A stretch of 64,000 bases of DNA from an uncultured Actinomycetes bacterium (GTDB lineage: Bacteria; Actinomycetota; UBA4738; HRBIN12): contig OY969934.1 in assembly GCA_963704725.1 (NCBI GenBank), positions 1,216,001-1,280,000 on the forward strand, written 5' to 3'. The translations under genes were made by a program, and so were the position numbers. This document shows, one piece after another, positions 9,327-19,118 of the stretch. Positions within the stretch are counted from its first letter, which is position 1. Each line of letters opens with the position of its first letter. The notes under the pieces were generated by a model that was not told the DNA's origin, made no database searches, and was given only the letters and a program-made list of their open reading frames with translations.

Positions 9327-9394
9327 TGTACGGCCCGTCCACGTGGCCCCACCGGGGCGGCCGTTCGACGGCAGGGTTCTGTACGGTTCGTACA
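9327..9394. promoter_or_regulatory. Two putative PucR-family operator boxes (TGTAC-N5-GTCCA 9327-9341; TGTAC-N5-GTACA 9380-9394) and -10 TACAAT 9391-9396
   Basis: Palindromic boxes 53 bp apart in the divergent gabT/pucR intergenic region; the same motif recurs at 12647. Confidence 0.65.
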
Positions 9395-9402
9395 ATCGGG
9401 GC

Positions 9403-10953
9403 GTGGCCCTCACCGTCGGCGACATCCTGCGCGTCCCCGGGCTCGCGCTCCGGCTCGTCGCCGGGGAGGCGAGCCTGTCCCGCCCGGTCCGGTGGGTCCA
9501 CAGCTCCGAGCTCGAGGACCCCACGCCATGGCTGAAGGGCGGGGAGCTTCTGCTCACCACCGGGGCGGGGATCGGTGTGTCGCCCGCCAAGCAGCGCGCC
9601 TACGTCCAGCGCCTGTCCGCCGCCGGCCTGGCGGGCCTGGGGTTCGGCCTGGGCTTCGGCCACGACAAGGTCCCGCGTGGGCTGATCACCGCGGCAGAGC
9701 AGGCCGCGTTCCCCTTGTTCGAGGTGCCCTACCCGGTCCCGTTCATCGCGATCACCGAGGCCGTCTTCACGCGCCTGCTCTCCGAGCAGTACGACATGCT
9801 GCAGCGGGCCGTGGATGCCGAGCACGTGTTGACGCGGGCCGTGCTGGACGGCGGCGGCCTCGCCGCCATCGCCTCGTCGCTGGCGCGCGTGACCGGGGGG
9901 TGGGTGCTCCTGCTCGACCTGCACGGCGTCCCGCTGGCCGAGACGTCGGCCGCCGCCCGCCAGCGGGCGCCGCGGATCTGGGAGGAGCTGCGCAGCACGC
10001 GTCCCGAGGCCACCGGGTTCAGCCTGACCCTCGTCGACCGCGGCCAGAGCGTGTGGGTCCAGCCGGTCGGCGCCCAGGGCCGGACCGAGGCGTTCCTCGC
10101 CGTCGGCGCGCTCGAGCCCCTGTCACAGGTCGATCGCATCGTCTGCGGCCACGCGCTGTCCCTGTTCGCCATCGAGATGGCCAAGTCCCGGGCGGTGGCC
10201 GAGGCCGAGCATCGGCTCCAGGGAGACTTCTTCGACGCGCTCACCCGGGGGACGATCCCGCCCGGCGACGTCACCCGGGGGCTGGCGCGGTTCGGGTTCC
10301 CCCGCGACGGCCGGGTGGTGGTCGTCGCGCTCGAGACGTCCGGCGATGTCGAGGCCCTGGCCTACGCGGCCGAGGACCGGCTCTCGCGGGCCGGCGGGCC
10401 CTTCCTCGTCTCCGGCGGCGATCGGGAGGTGGACGTGCTCGTCCCGTCGGACCACGCGCTCGGCGTCCGGGAGCTCCGCGTGAGCGTCGCCGAGCGGTTC
10501 GGGGGCGCCGACCTGCGGGCGGGGGCCGGCGGGGCCGTCGCGCCCGCCGAGGCCGGGCGGAGCCTCCGGGAGGCGCGCTACGCGCTGCAGGTGTGCCGGC
10601 TCGAGGGGTGGGAGGCGGCCGGGTTCGAGGACCTGGGGACGTACCGGCTGCTGCTGTCGATGACGGACCCCGACGCGCTCCGGGCCTTCGCCGACTCCCT
10701 GCTCGAGCGGATCGACGCCTACGACCTCGAGCACGGAGGCGAGCTGCAGGCCTCGCTCCGGGCGTTCCTGCAGCACAACGCGAGGTGGGAGACCGCCGCC
10801 GCCGACCTGTACGTGCACCGGCACACGCTGCGCTACCGCATGCGCAAGGTCGAAGAGCTCACCGGGCGCGATCTCTCCTCGAGCTTCGACCGCATGGAGT
10901 TCTGGCTCGCGCTGCGCGCGCGCGAGCTGCTCGCCACGCCCCCGGACGCCTGA
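9403..10953 (+). CDS. PucR family transcriptional regulator
   Basis: VRWVHSSEL.DPTPWLKGGELLLTTG N-terminal domain; C-terminal HTH LYVHRHTLRYRMRKVEELTG. Confidence 0.93.
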   Translation: MALTVGDILRVPGLALRLVAGEASLSRPVRWVHSSELEDPTPWLKGGELLLTTGAGIGVSPAKQRAYVQRLSAAGLAGLGFGLGFGHDKVPRGLITAAEQAAFPLFEVPYPVPFIAITEAVFTRLLSEQYDMLQRAVDAEHVLTRAVLDGGGLAAIASSLARVTGGWVLLLDLHGVPLAETSAAARQRAPRIWEELRSTRPEATGFSLTLVDRGQSVWVQPVGAQGRTEAFLAVGALEPLSQVDRIVCGHALSLFAIEMAKSRAVAEAEHRLQGDFFDALTRGTIPPGDVTRGLARFGFPRDGRVVVVALETSGDVEALAYAAEDRLSRAGGPFLVSGGDREVDVLVPSDHALGVRELRVSVAERFGGADLRAGAGGAVAPAEAGRSLREARYALQVCRLEGWEAAGFEDLGTYRLLLSMTDPDALRAFADSLLERIDAYDLEHGGELQASLRAFLQHNARWETAAADLYVHRHTLRYRMRKVEELTGRDLSSSFDRMEFWLALRARELLATPPDA

Positions 10954-10968
10954 GGCCGGCCGGCCCCG

Positions 10969-12471
10969 CTATCCGCGCCCGCCGCCCATGACGGCGCCGT
11001 GCCAGTCCTTCTTCGCCTTCCCCGAGATGTCGGCCATCACGTGCCGCACCGTGGTGAACTCCTCGATGGCGTACTGGGACATGTCCTTGCCGAAGCCCGA
11101 CTGCTTCACGCCGCCGTGCGGCATCTCCGACACGATCGGGATGTGGTCGTTGATCCACGTGTTCCCGAACTCGAGGCGTCGCGAGGCGTCGAGCGCGCGG
11201 TAGACGTCCCGGGTCCACACCGAGCTCGACAGCCCGTACGCGCAGTCGTTGGCCAGGGCGATCGCCTCGTCGTCCCGCTGGAAGGGGAGCGCCACGAGCA
11301 CGGGGCCGAACACCTCCTGCTGCACGATCTCCGAGTCCTGCGCCGCGTCCACGACGACCGTGGGCTCGAAGTACCAGCCCCGGTCCGTGCCCGGCGCCGC
11401 CGGCCGGGACCCGCCGGCGACGACCTTGGCCCCGGCGGCCCGCGCACGCCCGACGAACCCCTCGACGCGGTCGCGCTGGGCCGACGTGATGAGCGGCCCC
11501 ATGTCGGTGGCCGCGTCGAGGGTCGGCCCGACGGTGAGGTCGCGGGCCAGGTCGGCCACGGCGGCCACGAAGTCCTCGAACAGCGGCTGCTGCACGTACG
11601 CCCTGGTGGCCGCGGTGCAATCCTGCCCGCAGTTGATCGTCGAGCCGGCGATCGCGCCCCTGGCGGCCGCCTCGAGGTCCGCGTCGTCGAACACGATGAA
11701 CGGCGCCTTCCCCCCGAGCTCGAGGTGCACGCGCTTCACGCCGTCGGCGGCCGCCCGCATCACGCGCTTGCCGGTCTCGGTGTCGCCGGTGACGCAGACC
11801 ATGCGGACGTCGGGATGCGCGATCAGCGCGGGCCCGATCTCCGCGCCCCGTCCCGTGACGACGTTGAGCACGCCGGGCGGCAGGCCGGCCTCGGCGCAGA
11901 TCTCGGCCAGCTCGAACGCCGACAGCGGCGTCTCCGTGGCCGGCTTCATGACCACGGTGTTGCCCGCGGCGAGCGCCGGGAAGATCTTCCACACCTCGAT
12001 CTGGAACGGGTAGTTCCACGGACAGATCGCGACGACGACGCCGAGCGGGTCGCGACGCAGGAAGCTCAGGTGGTCGGGGGAGTACTCGCCGGCGGCCTTG
12101 CCCTCGAGCGTTCTCGCCGCGCCGGCGAAGAACCGCACGTTGTCGGCCCCGAAGGGGATGTCGAAGTTCGTCGTGAGCCTGATCGGCTTCCCGGCGTCGA
12201 TCGACTCGAGCCGGGCGAGCCCCTCGAGCCGCTCCTCGATGAGATCGGCCACCCTGAGCAGGACGCGGGCGCGGTCGGCCGGGGGGATGCGGCTCCACCG
12301 CCCGTCACTGAATGCCTCGCTCGCGGCCTCCACCGCCAGGGTCGCGTCGGCGGGCCCCCCGGCGGCGATCGTCGCGACCCGCTCCCCGGTCGAGGGATCG
12401 GTCACCGGCAACCGCTCGGCCGAGGTGCCCGGCACCCACCGTCCCCCGATGAACAGCTCGAGCTCACGCAT
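10969..12471 (-). CDS. Aldehyde dehydrogenase (gamma-aminobutyraldehyde dehydrogenase-like)
   Basis: [22 protein letters not shown] (catalytic Cys), EVFGPV, EMPHGGVKQSGFGKD; ATG 12471 with AAGGAGG SD. Confidence 0.9.
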   Translation of the reverse strand: MRELELFIGGRWVPGTSAERLPVTDPSTGERVATIAAGGPADATLAVEAASEAFSDGRWSRIPPADRARVLLRVADLIEERLEGLARLESIDAGKPIRLTTNFDIPFGADNVRFFAGAARTLEGKAAGEYSPDHLSFLRRDPLGVVVAICPWNYPFQIEVWKIFPALAAGNTVVMKPATETPLSAFELAEICAEAGLPPGVLNVVTGRGAEIGPALIAHPDVRMVCVTGDTETGKRVMRAAADGVKRVHLELGGKAPFIVFDDADLEAAARGAIAGSTINCGQDCTAATRAYVQQPLFEDFVAAVADLARDLTVGPTLDAATDMGPLITSAQRDRVEGFVGRARAAGAKVVAGGSRPAAPGTDRGWYFEPTVVVDAAQDSEIVQQEVFGPVLVALPFQRDDEAIALANDCAYGLSSSVWTRDVYRALDASRRLEFGNTWINDHIPIVSEMPHGGVKQSGFGKDMSQYAIEEFTTVRHVMADISGKAKKDWHGAVMGGGRG

Positions 12472-12646
12472 CGTCGGTCCTCCTTGGCGTCCGTCGCGAG
12501 GACCCCGCCGCGGGTGGGGACCTCTCGCGGCCGAGCCTAGGAACGGGGCGAAGCGCCGGACAGGGACGTTGGGCCCGCCGCCCGCCGCCGCGAGACCTTG
12601 CAGGGCCGTGCTCGGTCGGAGTGGGGCCCACCGGGGCGGGGAGGGA

Positions 12647-12661
12647 TGGACCGACCGTACA
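12647..12661. promoter_or_regulatory. Third putative PucR-family operator box (TGGAC-N5-GTACA)
   Basis: Matches the boxes at 9327 and 9380; lies between the divergent ALDH genes. Confidence 0.55.
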
Positions 12662-12780
12662 GGCCGGCGCCGGTGCGTGGCCGGTGTGGCGGGTGGCTCG
12701 CGCGCGGGGTGGTTGGGCATACTTGGGCTGTTCCGGCGTTCGGCGACCCGGGCTCGAGGCCCGACCGAGGAGGAGGATCG

Positions 12781-14226
12781 ATGGCCACCGAGAACAAGAC
12801 GTGGCAGCAGTACATCGGCGGGCGATGGGTGGGCTCGGGCATGGGCGAGAGCGAGCCCGACATCAACCCGGCCACCGCTCAGAGCGTCGGGACGATCCAG
12901 GTGGGGACGCGCGAGGATGCCGACGCGGCGGTCGCGGCGGCGCAGAAGGCGTTCGACGAGGTCTGGTTCGACACGCCGCCGAAGGAGCGCTCGGCGATGA
13001 TGTTCAAGCTCGCCGACGCCATGGAGGCCGACGCCGAGAACCTGGCGCAACTCGAGGCCGAGGACGTCGGCAAGCCGATCTCGGTCTCTCGCGCCGACGT
13101 GCCCTTCATCATCGACAACCTCCGCTTCTTCGCCGGCGCGGCCAGGCACCTCGAGGGCAAGTCCACCGGCGAGTACGAGAAGGGCTTCACGAGCATGATC
13201 CGCCGCGAGCCGCTCGGCGTGACCGCGGGCATCTGCCCGTGGAACTACCCGCTCATGATGGCGATCTGGAAGCTCGGCCCCGCCCTCGCCGCCGGGAACA
13301 CGTCGGTCCTCAAGCCGGCGGAGATCACGCCGCGGACGACGCTGCGCGTCGCCGAGCTGTCGCAGGACATCCTGCCGCCCGGCGTGCTGAACGTGATCAC
13401 CGGGCACGGCTCGGAGATCGGCGACCAGCTGGTGAAGCACCCCCTGGTGCGGCTCGTCTCGGTCACGGGCGACACGGCGACCGGCAAGGTCATCGCGGCC
13501 AACGCCAGCGCGGCCAACGTCAAGCGGTGCCACCTGGAGCTCGGCGGCAAGGCCCCGGTCGTCGTGTTCGACGACGCCGATCTCGACAAGCTCGTGGAGA
13601 CGCTGAAGTTCGCCGGCTACACGAACACCGGGCAGGACTGCACGGCGTCGTGCCGCGTCGTGGCGGGGCCGGGGATCTACGAGGACCTGCTCTCCAGCCT
13701 CGTCCCGGTCGTGGAGTCGATCAAGGTCGGCGACATCGAGGACGAGGACGTCGAGATGGGGCCGCTGGTCTCGAGCGGCCAGCGCGAGAGCGTGGCGGGG
13801 TTCGTGGACCGGGCGCAGACCGCCGGGGCGAAGGTCCTCACAGGCGGTGAGGCTCTGGACCGGGCCGGCTTCTACTACAAGCCGACCATCGTCTCCGAGC
13901 CGGCCCAGGACGCCGAGATCGTCCAGAAGGAGGTCTTCGGTCCGGTCGTGACCGTGCAGCGGTTCGGCGACGAGGACCAAGCCGTGGCGTGGGCGAACGA
14001 CGTCGTCTACGGGCTCGCGTCGTCCGTGTGGACCCGGGACGCCGCGCGCGCGATGCGCGTGGCCCGTCGGCTCCAGTACGGCGCGGTGTGGGTCAACACC
14101 CACTTCATGATCACGGCCGAGATGCCGCACGGCGGCTACAAGGAGAGCGGGTACGGCAAGGACATGTCGATGTACTCGCTGGAGGATTACACCCAGATCA
14201 AGCACGTGATGTGGTCGCTCGACTGA
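12781..14226 (+). CDS. Gamma-aminobutyraldehyde dehydrogenase (PatD/YdcW-like ALDH)
   Basis: [53 protein letters not shown]; GAGGAGG SD before ATG 12781. Confidence 0.9.
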   Translation: MATENKTWQQYIGGRWVGSGMGESEPDINPATAQSVGTIQVGTREDADAAVAAAQKAFDEVWFDTPPKERSAMMFKLADAMEADAENLAQLEAEDVGKPISVSRADVPFIIDNLRFFAGAARHLEGKSTGEYEKGFTSMIRREPLGVTAGICPWNYPLMMAIWKLGPALAAGNTSVLKPAEITPRTTLRVAELSQDILPPGVLNVITGHGSEIGDQLVKHPLVRLVSVTGDTATGKVIAANASAANVKRCHLELGGKAPVVVFDDADLDKLVETLKFAGYTNTGQDCTASCRVVAGPGIYEDLLSSLVPVVESIKVGDIEDEDVEMGPLVSSGQRESVAGFVDRAQTAGAKVLTGGEALDRAGFYYKPTIVSEPAQDAEIVQKEVFGPVVTVQRFGDEDQAVAWANDVVYGLASSVWTRDAARAMRVARRLQYGAVWVNTHFMITAEMPHGGYKESGYGKDMSMYSLEDYTQIKHVMWSLD

Positions 14227-14259
14227 CGACCCGTTCCGCGAACCCGAGGGGTGATGACG

Positions 14260-15684
14260 ATGACACGTCCGTTCCTGGTCAACGGTGAGTGGCGCACGGG
14301 TGAGGGGACGTTCGAGGTCCGGAGCCCGTACGACGACAGCGTGGTCGCCGACGTGGGGGTTCCCACCGCGGCCGACGTCGAGGAGGCCGTGGCGACGGCC
14401 GTCACCACGTTCCGCGAGTCGCGCCGCTTGCCGGTGCACGCGCGGGCCGACGCGCTCGACCACATCTCGGCCCGCCTCAAGGAGACGATCGACGAGAACG
14501 CCGAGCTCATCGCCAAGGAGGGCGGCAAGCCGCTCAAGTGGGCGAAGGTCGAGGCGACCCGGGCCGTCTCGACCTTCCGGTGGGCGTCCGAGGTCCTGCG
14601 CCACGGCGACGACGAGCTCATGCGCCTCGATACGGAGGCGTCGTTGGGCTCCCGGGTCGGTCTGCTCCGGCGGTTCGCGTTCGGGCCGGTGCTCGGCATC
14701 ACCCCGTTCAACTTCCCGCTGAACCTGGTGGCGCACAAGGTGGCGCCCGCGCTGGCCGTCGGCGCGCCGATCGTCGTCAAGCCCGCGTCGGCGACGCCGG
14801 TCGGCTCGCTCCGCCTGGCGGAGCTGTTCATGGAGACCGACCTGCCCAAAGGGATGTACCAGGTGCTCCCGGTCCGCAGCTCGGTCGCCGACGGGATGGC
14901 CCGGGACGAGCGCTTCCGCAAGATCAGCTTCACCGGCTCGTCGGACATCGGCTGGTACCTCAAGGGCCTCGACCCGAAGAAGCGGGTGACCCTCGAGCTC
15001 GGCGGAAACGCGGCGGTGATCGTGCACTCGGACGCCGACCTCGACCTCGCCGCTCAGCGGGTCGCGGTCGGCGGGTACTACCAGGCCGGCCAGAGCTGCA
15101 TCAGCGTCCAGCGGGTGCTCGTGCAGTCCGAGGTCTACGAGGACTTCGGGAACCGCCTCGTGAAGCAGGTCGAGAGCCTGAAGGTCGGCGACCCGATGGA
15201 CCCGACCGTCGACGTCGGCCCGGTGATCCAGCGCTCGGAGGTGGAGCGGATCGACGGCTGGGTGAAGGAGGCGGTCTCGCAGGGCGCGACCGTGCTGACC
15301 GGGGGCTCGGGCGAGGGTCCACTCTACCAGCCGACCCTCATCGCGGACGTGAACCCCGACATGAAGGTCTGCCGCGAGGAGATCTTCGGTCCGGTCGTCA
15401 CGATCAGCCCGTACCAGACGTTCGAGGAGGCGCTCGCGATCGTCAACGACTCGCGGTTCGGCCTGCAGGCCGGCGTGTTCACCAACGACATCAACCGGGC
15501 GTTCGAGGCCCATCGCTCGATCGAGGTGGGCGGCGTCATCATCAACGACGTGTCGGCGTACCGCGCGGACCAGATGCCGTACGGCGGCTCGAAGGACTCC
15601 GGCTTCGGCCGCGAGGGGCTGCGGTTCGCCATGGAGGAGATGACCGAGCCGCGGATCATGGTCCTTTCGCACGTCCCGCTGTGA
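14260..15684 (+). CDS. Aldehyde dehydrogenase family protein
   Basis: ITPFNFPLNLVAHK, SFTGS, LELGGNA, AGQSCISVQR, EIFGPV. Start could be 14251, 14254 or 14260; SD spacing favours 14260. Confidence 0.9.
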   Translation: MTRPFLVNGEWRTGEGTFEVRSPYDDSVVADVGVPTAADVEEAVATAVTTFRESRRLPVHARADALDHISARLKETIDENAELIAKEGGKPLKWAKVEATRAVSTFRWASEVLRHGDDELMRLDTEASLGSRVGLLRRFAFGPVLGITPFNFPLNLVAHKVAPALAVGAPIVVKPASATPVGSLRLAELFMETDLPKGMYQVLPVRSSVADGMARDERFRKISFTGSSDIGWYLKGLDPKKRVTLELGGNAAVIVHSDADLDLAAQRVAVGGYYQAGQSCISVQRVLVQSEVYEDFGNRLVKQVESLKVGDPMDPTVDVGPVIQRSEVERIDGWVKEAVSQGATVLTGGSGEGPLYQPTLIADVNPDMKVCREEIFGPVVTISPYQTFEEALAIVNDSRFGLQAGVFTNDINRAFEAHRSIEVGGVIINDVSAYRADQMPYGGSKDSGFGREGLRFAMEEMTEPRIMVLSHVPL

Positions 15685-15696
15685 TCGCGTCCTGAG

Positions 15697-16861
15697 GTGG
15701 GAACGCCGATCGCGGTCCTCGGGGCCGGCGCGATGGGGAGCGCGGCCGCGACGCTCCTCGCGCGCCACCGCGGCGAGGTGGACCTGCTCGTGCTCGACGT
15801 GGACGAGGGTCGCGCCCGCGCCGTCGCCGAGCGCGCCGGCGGCCGGGGACGGGGGTTCGACGCGCGTTCGGGCGAGCTGGCCGGGCTCCTGTCCGAGGTC
15901 CGCGCCGTGGCGGCCTGCCTCCCGTACCGCCTGAACCTCGAGGTGATGGAGGCGGCGCTCGCCGCCGGATGCCACTACGCGGATCTCGGGGGCCTGTTCC
16001 ACGTCACCCGGAAGCAGTGGGAGCTCCACGAGCGCTTCCGCGAGGCCGGCGTGTCGGCGGTGATGGGCATCGGGTCGGCGCCCGGGCTCACGAACGTCCT
16101 GGCCCGTCGCGCGGCGGACCGGCTCGACGTCGTGGTCTCGATCGACCTGGTCGACGGGGCGGTCGACCTGACCGCGGACGGCGGCGCCTTCGGCGTGCCG
16201 TACTCGCTCGACACCATCCTCGACGAGTTCACGGAGCCGGCGATGGTGTTCGAGGACGGGGAGCTGCGAGCGGTGCCGGCCGGGAGCGGGGTGGTCGACT
16301 GGACCTTCCCCGAGCCCGTCGGGGTGCAGCCCGCGATGTACACGCTCCACTCGGAGCCGGCCACGCTGCCTCGGACGATCGCCGGGGTTCGCGACGTCCG
16401 GTGGCGGCTCGCGCTGCCGCGCGCGGTGCACGACGGCTTCGCGCTCCTGGTCGGGGTGGGGCTCGCTTCGCGCGAACCCGTCGACACGCCGGGCGGGTCG
16501 GTGGCGCCGCGGGACCTGCTCGCCGCGGTGCTCGCCCGGCTCCCGGCCGACGACGCGCCGCCGCGGGACGTCGAGTTCCTCGACGTTCGGGCGACGGGGG
16601 AGCGGGGCGGAGCGACGGCCACCGTGCACGAGCTGGCCCGGTTCGACCCGGCGCCCGAGGGGCTGTCCGCAGGCGCGTTTCGGCACGGCGATCCCCATCG
16701 CCGTCTCCGTCCGGTGGCAGGCGGCCGGCCGCGTGCCGGCCGGCGTGCATCCGCCCGAGAGCGCGTTCGACCCCGAGGCGTTCGTCGCCGAGCTGGAGCG
16801 GGAGGGCGTCGGGTTCTCCACGGACGGCGCGGGTCGAGCGGAGGGCGCCCGGCCGTTCTAG
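15697..16861 (+). pseudogene. Saccharopine dehydrogenase family protein with a 1-nt frameshift at ~16678-16680
   Basis: Rossmann GAGAMG, HYADLGG, GIGSAPG, YSLDTILDE, HSE. Removing one T from GCG TTT CGG restores GAFGTAIPIAV...GVHPPESAFDPEAFVAELEREG ending at TAG 16859-16861. Confidence 0.75.
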
Positions 16862-16870
16862 GGTGGGGTC

Positions 16871-17137
16871 GTGGGCACGCTCGCCCTGATCCTTGTCCCG
16901 GCCGCGCTCTTCGTTGGCGGCGTCTGGCTGGCTCTCGAGCTCCGCCGCCGGCGCGCCGCCGAGCCCGACCGACCGTGGTGGGGCGAGCCCCTCGCCTGGG
17001 TCGCGGTGGGCGCGGCGTGGGTGGTCCTGGGGTTGCTCGTGGCGCCCAGGCTGCTCGGGTTCACGTTCCTGTTCCTGCCCTTCGTGCTGTCCCGACGGGT
17101 CGGGCGGCGAGGCGGCGGCCGGTCCCGCGAGGTGTAG
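16871..17137 (+). CDS. Small hypothetical membrane protein (2-3 TM)
   Basis: Hydrophobic segments separated by Arg clusters; TAGGGT 6 nt before GTG. Confidence 0.6.
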   Translation: MGTLALILVPAALFVGGVWLALELRRRRAAEPDRPWWGEPLAWVAVGAAWVVLGLLVAPRLLGFTFLFLPFVLSRRVGRRGGGRSREV

Positions 17138-17163
17138 CGGGTTCGCGAAGGTACGGTGTCGGT

Positions 17164-17406
17164 GTGACGCACGCGATCGCCGCCCTGCTGCTCGGCTTCG
17201 CGCTGTTCGGGGCCCTCCGAGCTCGGGCCGTGGTGCGCGACACCTGGGACGTCGAACCCCGCCACGCCTCGGCCCTGGGCATCGCGGCCGTGGCGATCGC
17301 GCTGCTCCTGCTGCTCGCCCTCTCCCGCTCGCTCCTCGGGGTCGTCGTGGGGGCCGCGGTGCTCGGGGCGGCGCTGTACGGGAGCTGGCGGCTCCGCCGG
17401 GCCTGA
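17164..17406 (+). CDS. Small hypothetical membrane protein (3 TM)
   Basis: VTHAIAALLLGFALFGAL...; TACGGT 6 nt before GTG 17164. Confidence 0.6.
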   Translation: MTHAIAALLLGFALFGALRARAVVRDTWDVEPRHASALGIAAVAIALLLLLALSRSLLGVVVGAAVLGAALYGSWRLRRA

Positions 17407-17413
17407 GCCCGGG

Positions 17414-18058
17414 CTACCCGCCCACGACGCGATCGGCGAACGCGCCGGCGATCTCGGCCGCCTCGCGCTCGTGCCGCCACAGATAGTGGTCGGTCCCCCC
17501 CACGATCGAGAGCTCGCCGATGGGGAGCCGGTCGCACAGCGCCTGGAGCTCGAGCGGCGGCGAGTACTCGTCGTGCTCCCCCGAGAGCAGGAGCACGGGG
17601 CGCCGGAGCGCCCGGAGCTCGGACGCCGAGGGCGTCGGCGGAACGTCGAGGCCGTGCTCGAGGGGGAACCCGACCAGGACGAGGGCGGCCACCCGGTCGT
17701 CGTCGAGCGCCTCGCGCAGTGCCACGTTGGCGCCGAAGGACCATCCGCACACGATCGTCCTGCCGTCCGCCTCCTGTTGGACCCGCCCGATCGCGGCCGC
17801 GACGTCCCGGACCTCGGTCCGGCCGCCGCCGTGCACGCCGTCGCTGCGCATCGTCCCCCGGAAGTTGAACGCCAGCACCGCGAACCCGCGGCCCGCGAGG
17901 TCGTTGCGGATCGCCCACAGGATCGGGTGGTCCTTGCTCCCGCCGAGCCGGGGGTGCGCGTGGCAGATCACCGCGGTTGCCCGCGGCGGTCCCTCGGGCC
18001 TGCGCAGCTCCCCTTCCAGGGACAGGCCGTCGTCGGTCGAGAAGCGGATCGGCTCCAC
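17414..18058 (-). CDS. Alpha/beta hydrolase
   Basis: HAHPRLGGS, FNFRG, GWSFG nucleophile elbow, GEHDE, TDHY. Confidence 0.88.
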   Translation of the reverse strand: MEPIRFSTDDGLSLEGELRRPEGPPRATAVICHAHPRLGGSKDHPILWAIRNDLAGRGFAVLAFNFRGTMRSDGVHGGGRTEVRDVAAAIGRVQQEADGRTIVCGWSFGANVALREALDDDRVAALVLVGFPLEHGLDVPPTPSASELRALRRPVLLLSGEHDEYSPPLELQALCDRLPIGELSIVGGTDHYLWRHEREAAEIAGAFADRVVGG

Positions 18059-18077
18059 CGCGTGCGAGGATGCCGCC

Positions 18078-19019
18078 GTGGGCGAGCTTCGACAACCCGG
18101 CGCGACGGCGTTCGCGATCCGCGACGCGCTGCCCTGGAACGACCTCAGCGCGATCGTGCGTGCCGCCGAGGCCTCGGGCTACGACGCGCTCTTCCTGCCC
18201 GAGATCACGGGGCGCGACGCGCTCGTCGCGCTCGCGGCGCTCGCCGGCGAGACCCGCGACCTGCGACTCGGCACCGGCGTCGTACCCATGCGTTCGCGGA
18301 CGCCGATGCTCCTGGCGATGGCGGCGGCCACCGTGCACGAACGCTCGGGGGGCCGGCTGCTCCTCGGGCTGGGCACGGGCGACGCCGGCCCCGGCGCGCT
18401 CGACCGGTTGCGGGACACCGTCGTCGCGCTGCGCGCGCTGTTCCGGGGGGAACCCGTCGAGCGCAGGGGCCGGGTCGTGCAGCTCGCGATCGATCCGGGC
18501 GGAGCGGTGCCGGTCTGGATCGCGGCGCTCGGGCCGAAGGCGATGCGCCTGGGCGGCGAGATCGCCGACGGCGTGCTGCTGAACTGGTGCCCGCCCGAGC
18601 GCGTCCGGTTTGCCCGAGAGCGGGTGGCGGAGGGCGCCGCGGCCGCGGGCCGCGCCCCGGGCGACGTCGCCGTCGCCGTCTACGTCCGGTCGTGGGTGGG
18701 GCAGGACGAAGCCTCGGCCCTGCCGTTCCTCCGCGACGCGGCAGGACAGTACGCCTCGTACCCCGCGTACGCCCGGCAGTTCGAGGAGGTGGGTCTTGGC
18801 GCGGAGGCTCGGGCCGCCGCCGCGGCGCACGGCGCCGACCGTCCTGCGGACGTGCCGGAGGCGCTCGTCCGGGCGGTGTGCGCCTTGGGGGAGGCCGCGC
18901 CCGGCCGGATCGCCGCCTATCGCGAGGCGGGAGCGGACCTCCCGATCGTCTATCCGGTCGCCGTGGGCGAGCCCGCGCCCTCGATCGAGCGCACCCTCCT
19001 GTCGCTGGCCCCGGGATGA
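18078..19019 (+). CDS. LLM-class flavin/F420-dependent oxidoreductase
   Basis: AAEASGYDALFLPE, LGTGVV, SGGRLLLGLG, IAALGPKAMRLGGEIADG. Confidence 0.87.
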   Translation: MGELRQPGATAFAIRDALPWNDLSAIVRAAEASGYDALFLPEITGRDALVALAALAGETRDLRLGTGVVPMRSRTPMLLAMAAATVHERSGGRLLLGLGTGDAGPGALDRLRDTVVALRALFRGEPVERRGRVVQLAIDPGGAVPVWIAALGPKAMRLGGEIADGVLLNWCPPERVRFARERVAEGAAAAGRAPGDVAVAVYVRSWVGQDEASALPFLRDAAGQYASYPAYARQFEEVGLGAEARAAAAAHGADRPADVPEALVRAVCALGEAAPGRIAAYREAGADLPIVYPVAVGEPAPSIERTLLSLAPG

Positions 19020-19118
19020 GGGCGGCGGGCCCGACCGGGTGTAGACTCGGGTTTTGCAAGGTCCGCACCGTGAAAACGGGGAAAAGAACCCGGGACGGGT
19101 TGGGCGAAAGGGAAGCCG

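Noticed and set aside
10969-16821. 1950-aa minus-strand ORF
   Set aside because: Only the last ~500 aa (from ATG 12471) are an ALDH. The rest is antisense to three real plus-strand genes, a stop-poor shadow frame typical of high-GC DNA. The same applies to the other long Arg/Pro/Gly-rich ORFs (e.g. 1354-4128, 1764-4820, 54414-57470).
15697-17406. Apparent SDH-membrane protein fusion (569 aa)
   Set aside because: Artefact of the frameshift at ~16680. The middle section is low-complexity and overlaps a separate ORF, and 17164-17406 has its own -10 and start.
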